From an uncultured Pseudomonadota bacterium (lineage in GTDB: Bacteria; Pseudomonadota; Alphaproteobacteria; Rs-D84; CACZYB01), in contig CACZYB010000003.1 of the NCBI GenBank assembly GCA_902785275.1, positions 1-64,000 of the forward strand: DNA of 64,000 bases. The letters are read 5' to 3'. Positions 1-9,233 of this stretch are shown here, piece by piece. The stretch's first letter is position 1, and each line of letters opens with the position of its first letter. A program made the translations under genes and the position numbers. The notes below the pieces were generated by a model. It ran no database searches. It was not told the origin of the DNA and saw only the letters and a list, made by a program, of their open reading frames with translations.

Positions 1-68
1 GCCAAGATTTCTGCTCTTGCAACTGATGGCACAAGTAACAATGCAGCTATGATAAATTTTTTCATCAT
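1..68 (-). CDS. 5' end of a secreted protein (partial, runs off the left edge)
   Basis: Manual translation from ATG at 68: MMKKFIIAALLLVPSVARAEIL..., a classical signal peptide with an A-x-A cleavage site. AAGGAG RBS upstream. Confidence 0.75.
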   Translation of the reverse strand, partial: MMKKFIIAALLLVPSVARAEIL

Positions 69-362
69 TTCTCTCTCCTTTTCTATAAAGAATTAAGGGT
101 TTTGCGGGAGGGTGGATAAAAGTCATGAAAATTCTCCACCCATACAAAAAAATCACCCTTTTTTGTATCTCGTTTTTTAAGAGGAATTTGTTGAAAAAAT
201 ATGTTGATTTTTCAATTATTTACTTGATTTTTTAGGAATATAGATAAATAATCAAAATAGTAAAGAAAAAAGGGTCCTTTTTTGTATATCACTCAAAATC
301 TTTAATAAATGGCTGTTTCTTGCGGGATACAGAATTTTTGCATTGCATTTTTATTTGCGGAT

Positions 363-395
363 AAAAAAACTCCCCTTGGAGAGTAGCGGGGAGTT
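363..395 (-). terminator. Intrinsic terminator after recA
   Basis: AACTCCCC/GGGGAGTT stem followed by a U-run on the minus strand. Confidence 0.75.
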
Positions 396-420
396 AGTAA
401 GATAAATAAAAACAAAAAAA

Positions 421-1482
421 CTATGAATTTGCATCAACTACGGGTACAGCATCATCGTCGGCACGACTTGGAGTTGTATCCAACATTTTTTCATTTATGA
501 TGCCGGATTTTTCCTTAATCTTTTTAATAAGTTCCTCGGCAATCTTTGGATTATCCTTTAACCATTGGCGAGCGTTTTCCTTACCCTGACCAATACGTTC
601 AGAATTATAAGAGAACCATGAACCAGACTTTTCAATAATGCCAGCCTGTACACCAAGTTCGATAATTTCACCTTCACGGGAAATACCGTAATTGTACATG
701 ATATCGAAATCAACAGTTTTGAATGGTGGGGCAACCTTGTTTTTCACAATTTTTACCCTTGTTTCATTACCGATAACATTTTCTTTATCCTTTATCGCAC
801 CAACACGGCGGATATCCATACGAACAGAAGAGTAGAATTTCAATGCATTACCACCGGTTGTTGTTTCTGGGTTTCCGAACATAACACCAATTTTCATACG
901 GATTTGGTTAATGAAAATTACAAGGGCATTTGACTTTGACACAGACGCAGTAAGCTTTCGTAAAGCCTGTGACATAAGGCGTGCCTGTAATCCCATGTGT
1001 TGATCACCCATTTCACCTTCTAATTCAGCCTTTGGAACAAGAGCAGCAACAGAATCTACAACCAAAACATCAATTGCACCAGAACGAACCAATGTATCAG
1101 CAATTTCCAAAGCTTGCTCACCAGAATCTGGCTGTGAAATGATAAGGTTATCAATATCAACGCCAATACGTTTTGCATAAGCAGGATCAAGAGCATGTTC
1201 AGCATCAACAAAGGCGCAAGTTCCACCAACCTTTTGTGCTTCGGCAACAACGTGCAATGTTAATGTTGTTTTACCAGAACTTTCAGGTCCATAAATTTCA
1301 ACGATACGACCACGTGGAAGACCACCAATTCCCAAGGCAATATCAAGACCAAGTGAACCTGTTGAAATGGATGGGATTTCAATTCCTTCCTGTTCACCAA
1401 GTTTCATTATTGATCCCTTTCCGAAAGATTTTTCGATTTGGGAAAGTGCAGCTTCAAGTGCCTTTTGCTTATTTTCTGACAT
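421..1482 (-). CDS. recA: Recombinase RecA
   Basis: GPESSGKTT Walker [15 protein letters not shown] RecA signature. Confidence 0.99.
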   Translation of the reverse strand: MSENKQKALEAALSQIEKSFGKGSIMKLGEQEGIEIPSISTGSLGLDIALGIGGLPRGRIVEIYGPESSGKTTLTLHVVAEAQKVGGTCAFVDAEHALDPAYAKRIGVDIDNLIISQPDSGEQALEIADTLVRSGAIDVLVVDSVAALVPKAELEGEMGDQHMGLQARLMSQALRKLTASVSKSNALVIFINQIRMKIGVMFGNPETTTGGNALKFYSSVRMDIRRVGAIKDKENVIGNETRVKIVKNKVAPPFKTVDFDIMYNYGISREGEIIELGVQAGIIEKSGSWFSYNSERIGQGKENARQWLKDNPKIAEELIKKIKEKSGIINEKMLDTTPSRADDDAVPVVDANS

Positions 1483-1510
1483 GATTAAATCCTTTCTTCT
1501 TATCTTTTAT

Positions 1511-1525
1511 GTTCTTAATATGTTC
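1511..1525. promoter_or_regulatory. Alphaproteobacterial LexA (SOS) box upstream of recA
   Basis: GTTC-TTAATAT-GTTC is a perfect GTTC-N7-GTTC direct repeat, ~30 bp upstream of the recA start. Confidence 0.9.
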
Positions 1526-1569
1526 TAACATAGATTCGTGAATATTGCAAGCCTTTTTTATAAATTTTT

Positions 1570-2223
1570 TTAGTATGAACGGATGAGCATTGCAATTTTT
1601 CCCTGAACACGTACGCGATCAGGAGCAAAAATCCTTGTTTCATAATTTGGATTTGCAGGTTTCAATGCAATAGAACCTTCTTTTTTATACAAGTATTTCA
1701 AAGTAACTTCTTCGTTATCGATCAAAGCAACAACGATTGTACCATTTGGTGCATCGGCAGCTTCTTCGATGATAACCCTATCACCACTATTGATACCGGC
1801 ATTTATCATAGAATCACCTTCTACCCTTAAGGCATAATAGTTTCCATTACCAAGCATTCCAGCAGGAATAGACATTGTTTCTGTTGTATTTGCAATGGCA
1901 GCGATAGGTGTACCAGCGGCAATCTTACCATAAAGAGGGATTGAAACCATTCTTAATGGACTTATTTCGGTAACCTCTATTATCTTTCTTTCCTTGTAAT
2001 TTTCAGGATATTTTATAATTTCAAGAGCACGAGCCCTGTTAGGAAGTCTTCTTATGAAACCACGTTCCTCAAGAGAACTAATCAAACGATGGATTCCAGA
2101 TTTAGATTTTAGGTGTACAAGTTCCTTCATTTCTTCAAAAGAAGGACATACCCCGTTCTTTTTTAAACTTTCATCAATCGCAATAAATAAATTCATTTGT
2201 TGTTGAGTTAACATCTTTTCCAC
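1570..2223 (-). CDS. lexA: SOS repressor LexA
   Basis: PSFEEMK..SKSGIHRL alpha-type wHTH, IAAG cleavage site, GDSM catalytic Ser and TLK catalytic Lys. GTG start. Confidence 0.98.
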   Translation of the reverse strand: MEKMLTQQQMNLFIAIDESLKKNGVCPSFEEMKELVHLKSKSGIHRLISSLEERGFIRRLPNRARALEIIKYPENYKERKIIEVTEISPLRMVSIPLYGKIAAGTPIAAIANTTETMSIPAGMLGNGNYYALRVEGDSMINAGINSGDRVIIEEAADAPNGTIVVALIDNEEVTLKYLYKKEGSIALKPANPNYETRIFAPDRVRVQGKIAMLIRSY

Positions 2224-2254
2224 TCCATTCTTTTTGGGTTAGAACTCGCTTCTT

Positions 2255-2269
2255 ATTCTACATTTGTTC
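2255..2269. promoter_or_regulatory. Degenerate LexA box upstream of lexA (autoregulation)
   Basis: ATTC-TACATTT-GTTC, one mismatch to GTTC-N7-GTTC, ~32 bp upstream of the lexA start. Confidence 0.7.
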
Positions 2270-2323
2270 TTGTTATTTGTCAAGTATTAAAATCACAGGT
2301 TGAAATTTATGTGAAAAAATGTA

Positions 2324-2707
2324 CTAAATTATTTTTTTTGATATTTTTTCAGATGGAGAAAAAGATAACTTGTTAAGCATATTGGAAAAGATTTGTTTTT
2401 GTTTTGGAGAAAGGCTATTCACAAATTTAAATGTTTCTATATATTTATCCAAGACATTTGAAGCAATTATTATGTGATTATTTGGGATGCCAGTAATAAA
2501 ATAATTCATTTCTGTTTGCAAGATATTTGAAATTAAGAACAAATCATCCATTGTAATTCTTGATTTTCCAGTCTCTATTGCCTCAATATCCTTTACCGAC
2601 ATGTTAAGTCGTTCCGCAAGGTCCCTTTTTTCAATATTTTTTTCAACCCTTACCTTTTTAATACGCCTGCCAACAGATACGTAAATATCTTCTTTTTTAT
2701 TTACCAT
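2324..2707 (-). CDS. XRE-family HTH transcriptional regulator
   Basis: VGRRIKKVR..LAERLNMS..IEAIETGKSRI HTH. Start moved from 2773 to the ATG at 2707, which has a GGAGG RBS. Confidence 0.88.
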   Translation of the reverse strand: MVNKKEDIYVSVGRRIKKVRVEKNIEKRDLAERLNMSVKDIEAIETGKSRITMDDLFLISNILQTEMNYFITGIPNNHIIIASNVLDKYIETFKFVNSLSPKQKQIFSNMLNKLSFSPSEKISKKII

Positions 2708-2720
2708 ATGTTTCCTCCAT

Positions 2721-2749
2721 TTGACTATTAAAAATAATAATGTTATAAT
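2721..2749 (+). promoter_or_regulatory. Sigma70 promoter for the XRE gene at 2831
   Basis: TTGACT-N17-TATAAT with an extended -10 TG. Confidence 0.8.
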
Positions 2750-2762
2750 TTCATATATATTC

Positions 2763-2792
2763 ATTATATACATATATTTTTATGTTTGTAAA
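2763..2792 (-). promoter_or_regulatory. Sigma70 promoter for the XRE gene at 2707
   Basis: Minus strand TTTACA-N18-TATAAT. Confidence 0.6.
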
Positions 2793-2817
2793 GGAAAAAT
2801 TACATATTTTTATATGT
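2770..2817. promoter_or_regulatory. Two 16-bp palindromic operators (2770-2785, 2802-2817)
   Basis: ACATATATTTTTATGT and ACATATTTTTATATGT, consensus ACATA-N6-TATGT, starts 32 bp apart. Confidence 0.6.
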
Positions 2818-2830
2818 TTTAGAGGGTTTT

Positions 2831-3289
2831 ATGGAAGAAAGATTAAAAAAAATAAGGGAAGATCTTAAAAAAACACAAAAAGAAATGTCTGCTTTTTTGG
2901 GATTGGGTGAAATTACATGGCAAAATTATGAACGTGGAATTTCTAAGCCAAAGCTTGCTACCATGGAAAAACTTGCATTACTTGGCTACAATATTGCATG
3001 GGTAACAACTGGACATGGAAATATGCTTGTTTCCTGTGTAAAGGAAGATAATAACTCTGATTTTACTAATACCGGAGCAAATGTAAACAAATCAAAAATA
3101 TTTAATCTTTTACTTAATCAATTAGAAGAAATCTATACAAAGGAAGAATTGGAACAAAAGCCACATAATTTTATTTCTATGAGAGCATTTGATTTGACAA
3201 TGAATATTGTTAATCTTGCAGACAGTGATGTAACTGCAGTAAATATGGTAAAACTTATGCTTATGGAAGAGAAAAATAAAAAGGATTAA
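2831..3289 (+). CDS. XRE-family (cI-like) HTH regulator with an unrecognised C-terminal domain
   Basis: ERLKKIRE..TQKEMS..TWQNYERGISKP..NIAWVTTGHGNM matches a cI-type HTH N-terminus. Confidence 0.88.
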   Translation: MEERLKKIREDLKKTQKEMSAFLGLGEITWQNYERGISKPKLATMEKLALLGYNIAWVTTGHGNMLVSCVKEDNNSDFTNTGANVNKSKIFNLLLNQLEEIYTKEELEQKPHNFISMRAFDLTMNIVNLADSDVTAVNMVKLMLMEEKNKKD

Positions 3290-3358
3290 GAATTTATTCT
3301 GATTGCTTTTTGGCTTTATTTTATGTAAAAAATACAAAAATTTTTAGAAAGGGAAAAA

Positions 3359-3817
3359 ATGGCTATATATTACATAGTATCCGGAGGTTTTGATCCAATA
3401 CACGAAGGACATATTGAAAATATTTTGGAAAGTAAAAATAATTCTGATGGGGTAATTGCTCTTGTTAATAGTGACGAATGGCTTTGTCGTAAAAAGGGTA
3501 AAAACTTTATGAATTTTCATACAAGAAGTACTGTAGTTGGAGCGATTAAAGGGGTTATTGATGTAATTGCTTTTGATGATAGTGATAACTCTGCATGCGA
3601 TGGCTTAAAAAAAGCACGCACAAAATATCCGAACGATACTTTGGTATTTGCAAAAGGGGGCGACAGAACCGCAGATAACATTCCTGAAATTCCTGTGTGC
3701 AAAGAGCTTGGAATTGAAATTAAGTATAATGTTGGGATGAAAATTTCGGGAAATCAAAAACCAAATTCATCATCGTGGATACTTAAAAACTGGGATGAAA
3801 GAAATAAAAAAAATTAG
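3359..3817 (+). CDS. Cytidylyltransferase (HIGH family, TagD/RfaE-II-like)
   Basis: SGGFDPIHEGH motif, KGGDR, SSS C-terminal motif. Confidence 0.88.
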   Translation: MAIYYIVSGGFDPIHEGHIENILESKNNSDGVIALVNSDEWLCRKKGKNFMNFHTRSTVVGAIKGVIDVIAFDDSDNSACDGLKKARTKYPNDTLVFAKGGDRTADNIPEIPVCKELGIEIKYNVGMKISGNQKPNSSSWILKNWDERNKKN

Positions 3818-3820
3818 TAT

Positions 3821-3844
3821 AAAAGGCTTTTGATGAGGCCTTTT
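3821..3844 (+). terminator. Intrinsic terminator
   Basis: AAAAGGC..GCCTTTT hairpin followed by a U-run. Confidence 0.65.
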
Positions 3845-3930
3845 ATTTTTACATATCAAAAGGTTTAATTTCTTATTATTATAATAACGATATTTATTTG
3901 TATAAACAAAGACTTAGGATTTTGTTCTTG

Positions 3931-3960
3931 TTGATTATTCCATTGTGAAATCGGTATAAT
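3931..3960 (+). promoter_or_regulatory. Sigma70 promoter of the glycan operon
   Basis: TTGATT-N18-TATAAT, 60 bp upstream of the first GT2. Confidence 0.55.
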
Positions 3961-4020
3961 CTTTGTTAATTAAAACGATAAAATTAACAAGATTTTACAT
4001 TTTAACTTTGGGAATAAAAA

Positions 4021-4998
4021 ATGAATGAAATTGCCGTATCTGTAATAGTACCAGTCTTTAATTCGGAGAGATATATTTGCGAATGCATCAATTCGTTACG
4101 ATCTCAAATTCTTTCAAGTATTGAAATAATAATTATTGATGATGGGTCAACAGACAGTTGTTCACGAATCTGTGACAACTTTGCAAAAAAGGATCCTCGC
4201 ATCATTGTTGTTCATCAAGAAAATAAAAAACAGGGGTTCGCAAGAAATGTTGGAATAAATCTTGCACGAGGCGAATATATTGCCTTTGTCGATAGTGATG
4301 ATTGGGTTGATCCTATGTTTCTTTTTGATATGTATCAAAAGGCGATAGAAATGGATGCGGATATTGTTATGTGTGATTATTGCAGGGCAAAATCCAATTC
4401 CGAAGTAAAGAAAATTAAAAAGTCACGAATCGATAAAATATTAAGAAATAACGAAGTTTTTAATTTGAAAAAACTTAAAAAACAGCCATCACGACATTTT
4501 GGTTTTGGAATGGCTGTTTGTTGGAATAAACTTTTTAAATCAAGCCTGGCTAAAAAATATCTTTATTTTCCAGAAGGATTATATTTTGAAGATTCCGCAC
4601 CAGTATTTCGAACCTTGGCCGTTGCAAATAGAATTATAGTCATTAATAAAAAGCTATATTTTTATCGTACATCAAATGCATTAAGTACCACTCATTCAAA
4701 TGATATAAAACGATTTGATTTATTTATGGTTCAAAAAATACTTCTTAACGATTTTGAAAAATTTGATTTTGGTAGGTTTAAAAAATTTTCTTTGAACTTT
4801 ATGATAAAAGATTTAATCAAACATTTTAAATCTATTGATAAATCTTTGAAGTATAAATTTTATATGGAAATGAAGAAAATTATTTCTATTTTCCAAAGAA
4901 AAAATTACCTAAAAGATATTGATTTATCTTACAGAATAAAGGCATTTATCGCCCTTAGACACTCATATTTTCTATTTAAGTTATTTTCCAGATTATAA
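4021..4998 (+). CDS. Glycosyltransferase family 2
   Basis: SVIVPVFN, IDDGSTD, ARNVG, FVDSDD and FED motifs. Confidence 0.95.
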   Translation: MNEIAVSVIVPVFNSERYICECINSLRSQILSSIEIIIIDDGSTDSCSRICDNFAKKDPRIIVVHQENKKQGFARNVGINLARGEYIAFVDSDDWVDPMFLFDMYQKAIEMDADIVMCDYCRAKSNSEVKKIKKSRIDKILRNNEVFNLKKLKKQPSRHFGFGMAVCWNKLFKSSLAKKYLYFPEGLYFEDSAPVFRTLAVANRIIVINKKLYFYRTSNALSTTHSNDIKRFDLFMVQKILLNDFEKFDFGRFKKFSLNFMIKDLIKHFKSIDKSLKYKFYMEMKKIISIFQRKNYLKDIDLSYRIKAFIALRHSYFLFKLFSRL

Positions 4999-5008
4999 GG
5001 GGTGATGA

Positions 5009-5863
5009 ATGAAACTATCTATTATTACAATTTGTCTTAACAATAAATATATTGAACGAACATGCAAAAGTATCTGTATGCAGAATTTTGATGATTTTGA
5101 ATGGATTGTTATTGATGGTAAATCTAACAAAGAAACAATTAAAAAAATTCAAAAATACAAAAGCCATATATCAAAGTTTATATCAGAGCCTGACTGTGGA
5201 ATCTATGATGCTATGAATAAAGGGATATTGTTGGCAACAGGTGAATATATATCCTTTATGAATGCCGGTGATTGCTTTTATAGTAATGATACCCTTTTTA
5301 ATATTTTTAGGAGAAATGATTACAGTTCGGATATACTTTACGGTGATGTTAATATAGTAAAAAATAAAAAGTCCATTATTGAAAAAAATCCGAAAAATAT
5401 TACAAAACAATTCCTTTTTTATGGGGTTATTAATCATCAAGCATGCCTTATAAAAAAAGAGTTATTTTTTATGTATGGGCTTTACAGTCTTGAATATAAA
5501 ACTGCATCGGATTATGAAAAATTACTTTTGTGGGAAAGAAATGGATGCACATTTAAATATCTTAATCAAACTATTGCCATACATTACAGAAACGGAATTT
5601 CTTCGAACAAGCGAATTGTGATAAAAGAACGAAAGTTAATACAAAATATTTACTTTTCCAGTAATGATAAAAAATCATTTGATGCGAAGTATAAAATAAA
5701 ATTTGGAGGATTAAATATCCTTTCGATAAAAGATATTTTTCCCAAAAAATATATCAAACTTTTCGGTTTAATTACGATTTTAAAAATAAAGAAAAATTTA
5801 ATTTACCTATTCGGACTCAACTTTTTACCAATACTTAAAATAAAGGAAAATATAAATGAGTAA
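5009..5863 (+). CDS. Glycosyltransferase family 2 (WcaE/WfgS-like, possible fucosyltransferase)
   Basis: [20 protein letters not shown] and HQA motifs; adjacent to gmd/fcl. Confidence 0.92.
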   Translation: MKLSIITICLNNKYIERTCKSICMQNFDDFEWIVIDGKSNKETIKKIQKYKSHISKFISEPDCGIYDAMNKGILLATGEYISFMNAGDCFYSNDTLFNIFRRNDYSSDILYGDVNIVKNKKSIIEKNPKNITKQFLFYGVINHQACLIKKELFFMYGLYSLEYKTASDYEKLLLWERNGCTFKYLNQTIAIHYRNGISSNKRIVIKERKLIQNIYFSSNDKKSFDAKYKIKFGGLNILSIKDIFPKKYIKLFGLITILKIKKNLIYLFGLNFLPILKIKENINE

Positions 5864-6929
5864 AATTGCTTTGATTACAGGAATAACCGGTCAAGACGGT
5901 TCTTATTTAACTGAATTTTTATTAGAAAAAGGATACGAAGTTCATGGAATAAAGCGAAGATGTTCTTCGTTCAATTCTTCAAGAATAGATCATATATACA
6001 ATAACCCAAAGGCAAAGGATAAATTCTTTTTACACTATGGCGATTTAACAGATAGCCTTAACTTAGTACGAATAATAAAAGAGGTAAAACCAGATGAAAT
6101 ATATAACCTTGGAGCGATGAGCCATGTAAAAGTTTCGTTCGAAAGTCCGGAATATACCGCCGATGCGGATGGTATTGGTACACTAAGGCTTTTGGAGGCA
6201 ATCCGTATTTTAGGTATGGAAAAAAATGTAAAGTTTTATCAGGCATCGACATCTGAACTTTTCGGACTTGTACGGGAAACACCACAATCGGAACTTACTC
6301 CATTTTATCCACGCTCGCCATATGGAGTGGCAAAACTTTACGCCTATTGGATTACGGTAAATTACCGTGAAAGTTATAATATGTTTGCATGTAACGGAAT
6401 TCTTTTTAACCATGAAAGCCCAAGACGTGGAGAAACTTTTATCACACGAAAAATCACACGTGCAGCATGCAGAATAAAGCTAGGAACACAAGAAAAGCTT
6501 TATGTCGGAAATATAGATTCAAAACGTGATTGGGGACATGCAAAAGACTATGTCGAAGGTATGTGGAAAATCTTACAACAAGAAAAAGCGGATGACTATA
6601 TCCTTGCAACGGGAGTTACAACAAGTGTTAGAAAATTTATTGAAATGACCTTTTCAAACGTTGGTATAGAAATTATTTGGCAGGGTAAAGGTATTGATGA
6701 AAAAGGTATCGATAAAAAGACAGGAAAAATTTTAATAGAAATTGATAAACAATATTTCCGTCCGGCAGAGGTAGACCTTCTTTTGGGAAATGCTGCTAAG
6801 GCAAACAAAATTCTTAACTGGAAACCGAAATATACCTTAGAGCAACTTTGCAAAGAAATGGTTGATGAGGATATGAAAGAAGCACAACGTGAAAAACTTC
6901 TTATCGATAACGGATATAAACCAAAGTAG
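5856..6929 (+). CDS. gmd: GDP-mannose 4,6-dehydratase
   Basis: [41 protein letters not shown]. Confidence 0.99.
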   Translation: MSKIALITGITGQDGSYLTEFLLEKGYEVHGIKRRCSSFNSSRIDHIYNNPKAKDKFFLHYGDLTDSLNLVRIIKEVKPDEIYNLGAMSHVKVSFESPEYTADADGIGTLRLLEAIRILGMEKNVKFYQASTSELFGLVRETPQSELTPFYPRSPYGVAKLYAYWITVNYRESYNMFACNGILFNHESPRRGETFITRKITRAACRIKLGTQEKLYVGNIDSKRDWGHAKDYVEGMWKILQQEKADDYILATGVTTSVRKFIEMTFSNVGIEIIWQGKGIDEKGIDKKTGKILIEIDKQYFRPAEVDLLLGNAAKANKILNWKPKYTLEQLCKEMVDEDMKEAQREKLLIDNGYKPK

Positions 6930-6938
6930 AGAGAAAAA

Positions 6939-8003
6939 ATGAAAAAAGATTCAAAAATTTATGTGGCCGGACATACCGGTTTGGTTGGTTCGGCTGTATT
7001 AAGGAAGCTTGAAAAACTTGGGTATACAAATATTTTAACAAGAACTTCATCCGAGCTTGATTTAACAAGACAAGAAGATGTGGAGAAATTTTTTGCCAAG
7101 GAAAAACCAGAATATGTAATTTTGTGTGCGGCAAAAGTGGGTGGTATTTTGGCGAATGCAACCTACCCTGCGGAATTTATTTATAAAAACCTCATGATTG
7201 GACTTAACGTTGTAAACAGTGCGTACAAGTTTAATGTTAAAAAACTTTTGAATTTGGGATCAAGCTGTATCTATCCCCAAAATGCACCTCAACCAATGAA
7301 AGAATGTTATCTTTTGGGTGGAAAGTTAGAGGAAACAAACGAAGCTTATGCGATTGCAAAAATCTCAATAATAGAGCTTTGTAAATTTTATAACATACAA
7401 TACAAGACGAATTTTATTTCTGTTATGCCAACGAATCAGTATGGCATCGGAGATAATTTCGATATGGAAACAGCTCATCTTCTTCCTATGATTTTACGAA
7501 GATTTTATTTGGCAAAGCTTTTATCAGAAAATGATTTTGAAAAAATAAAGTTGGATTTAAAAAAACGAAAGCTTGGCTTTGGTATTGATAAAAATATCGA
7601 TTTTTCATCAAACGAATCTATTGAAAATGCATTAAACAAAGTTGGGGCATACAGGGACAAAGTTATTCTTTGGGGGGATGGTTCGGTTTACCGTGAGCTT
7701 ATGTGTTCGGATGATTTGGCTGATGCGTGTGTCTTTCTTATGGAAAATAAAAATGCCAAAGATATTGGTGATTTTGTGAATATCACTGCAGGAAACGACA
7801 TAAAGCTTAAAGACCTTTTCGAAATGGTAAAGGAAACAGTTGGATTTAAAGGTCGTATTGAATATGACGCAACGAAACCGAATGGAACCTTTAGAAAGCT
7901 TATGGATGATAAGAAGATAAAGGAACTTGGGTGGAAACCAAAAATTGATATCAGAGATGGTATCAAAAAATTCTTTAAACAATATGAAAATGGAGATGCA
8001 TAG
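6939..8003 (+). CDS. fcl: GDP-L-fucose synthase (long form with internal insertion)
   Basis: GHTGLVGSA, AAKVGGI, LGSSCIYP, YAIAK; follows gmd. Confidence 0.97.
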   Translation: MKKDSKIYVAGHTGLVGSAVLRKLEKLGYTNILTRTSSELDLTRQEDVEKFFAKEKPEYVILCAAKVGGILANATYPAEFIYKNLMIGLNVVNSAYKFNVKKLLNLGSSCIYPQNAPQPMKECYLLGGKLEETNEAYAIAKISIIELCKFYNIQYKTNFISVMPTNQYGIGDNFDMETAHLLPMILRRFYLAKLLSENDFEKIKLDLKKRKLGFGIDKNIDFSSNESIENALNKVGAYRDKVILWGDGSVYRELMCSDDLADACVFLMENKNAKDIGDFVNITAGNDIKLKDLFEMVKETVGFKGRIEYDATKPNGTFRKLMDDKKIKELGWKPKIDIRDGIKKFFKQYENGDA

Positions 8004-9233
8004 ATGTTGGATTTTTTAATTATTGGTGGTGGAATTACCGGTGTAACCTTGCTTAGGCAACTTAGAAAAAAAGGCTTTAATACCATTGCCTTGGAGGCAA
8101 AAGAAAAAGCCGGTGGACTTTGCCGTACGGAAAATATTGATGGACATATTTTGGATATTGGTGGAGGACACTTTTTTCATACAAAATATAAGGATGTTTT
8201 TGATTTTGTGTTTGGACTTATCCCCGAATCTGAATTTAACTTTATACCACGAGTTTCAAAAATAAAGATAGGAGATAATACAATTGATTATCCATTGGAA
8301 TCGAATCTGTGGCAACTTCCTATAGAAAAGCAAATTCTTTACCTTATTTCGGTAATAAGGAATGGCGAATTGCTTAATCTTCCCGAACCAAAGAATTATG
8401 AGGAATGGATAAGGTGGAAGCTTGGGAACCTTATTTGTGATAACTATATGATACCGTATAACACAAAGCTTTGGGGGGTGAAGCCATCGGAAATGGATAT
8501 TGATTGGCTTTATAAAATACCGCGTGTTAATGTTACCGAAATTTTAAAATACTCGCTTGAAAGAAAGCAGGATAAATCAAAATTTCCGGCACATATAAGC
8601 TTTTACTATCCAAAGGTTGGTGGCTTTCAGCGAATCTTTGATGCGATTTATAATGGGGTTGAGGAATTTGTTTTACTTAATACAAAGGTTAAAAAAATTG
8701 AAAAAACTTCGGATGGATACTGGCTTATCAATAATGAATTTAAGGCAAAGTATGTTATAAACACGACACCATGGAATGACCTTTTTGATGCGCTTGGGAA
8801 ACCGGAAGATCTTAAATCTGACTTTGAAAAAATCAAATACAACCGTGTTGTAATTTCACTTTATGAAAAGGAGTATTCTCATAATTGGCATTGGCGATAT
8901 GTTCCAGATATGAAACGAAATTACCACAGAGAATTTTATATTCACAACTTTGCAAAAAGTTCAAAACCTAATGGTATGTATGTTGAAACAAATATAAAAA
9001 GATTTAATGGCGTAGAAGAAGTTTTGGATGCAACGAATCTTTATAACTATACGACCGATGCGGCGTATCCGATACCGGTTATTGGACATGCAAAGGCAAT
9101 ACAGAATATCTTGGCTTACTATAAAAAACTTGGGCTTTTTGGTGTGGGAAGATGGGGACAGCACGAATACCAAAATGCCGATGTTTCTATGTTTAACGCA
9201 CTTATGTTTGTGGAGGAAGAAAAATGGAATTAA
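8004..9233 (+). CDS. FAD-dependent oxidoreductase, UDP-galactopyranose mutase/HemY-like
   Basis: GGGITG FAD motif, GGLCRT, DIGGGH, AYP and GRWG..Y motifs. Confidence 0.8.
   Translation: MLDFLIIGGGITGVTLLRQLRKKGFNTIALEAKEKAGGLCRTENIDGHILDIGGGHFFHTKYKDVFDFVFGLIPESEFNFIPRVSKIKIGDNTIDYPLESNLWQLPIEKQILYLISVIRNGELLNLPEPKNYEEWIRWKLGNLICDNYMIPYNTKLWGVKPSEMDIDWLYKIPRVNVTEILKYSLERKQDKSKFPAHISFYYPKVGGFQRIFDAIYNGVEEFVLLNTKVKKIEKTSDGYWLINNEFKAKYVINTTPWNDLFDALGKPEDLKSDFEKIKYNRVVISLYEKEYSHNWHWRYVPDMKRNYHREFYIHNFAKSSKPNGMYVETNIKRFNGVEEVLDATNLYNYTTDAAYPIPVIGHAKAIQNILAYYKKLGLFGVGRWGQHEYQNADVSMFNALMFVEEEKWN

Noticed and set aside
2324-3289. Prophage inferred from the cI/cro-like pair
   Set aside because: No integrase, replication, structural or lysis genes on either side.
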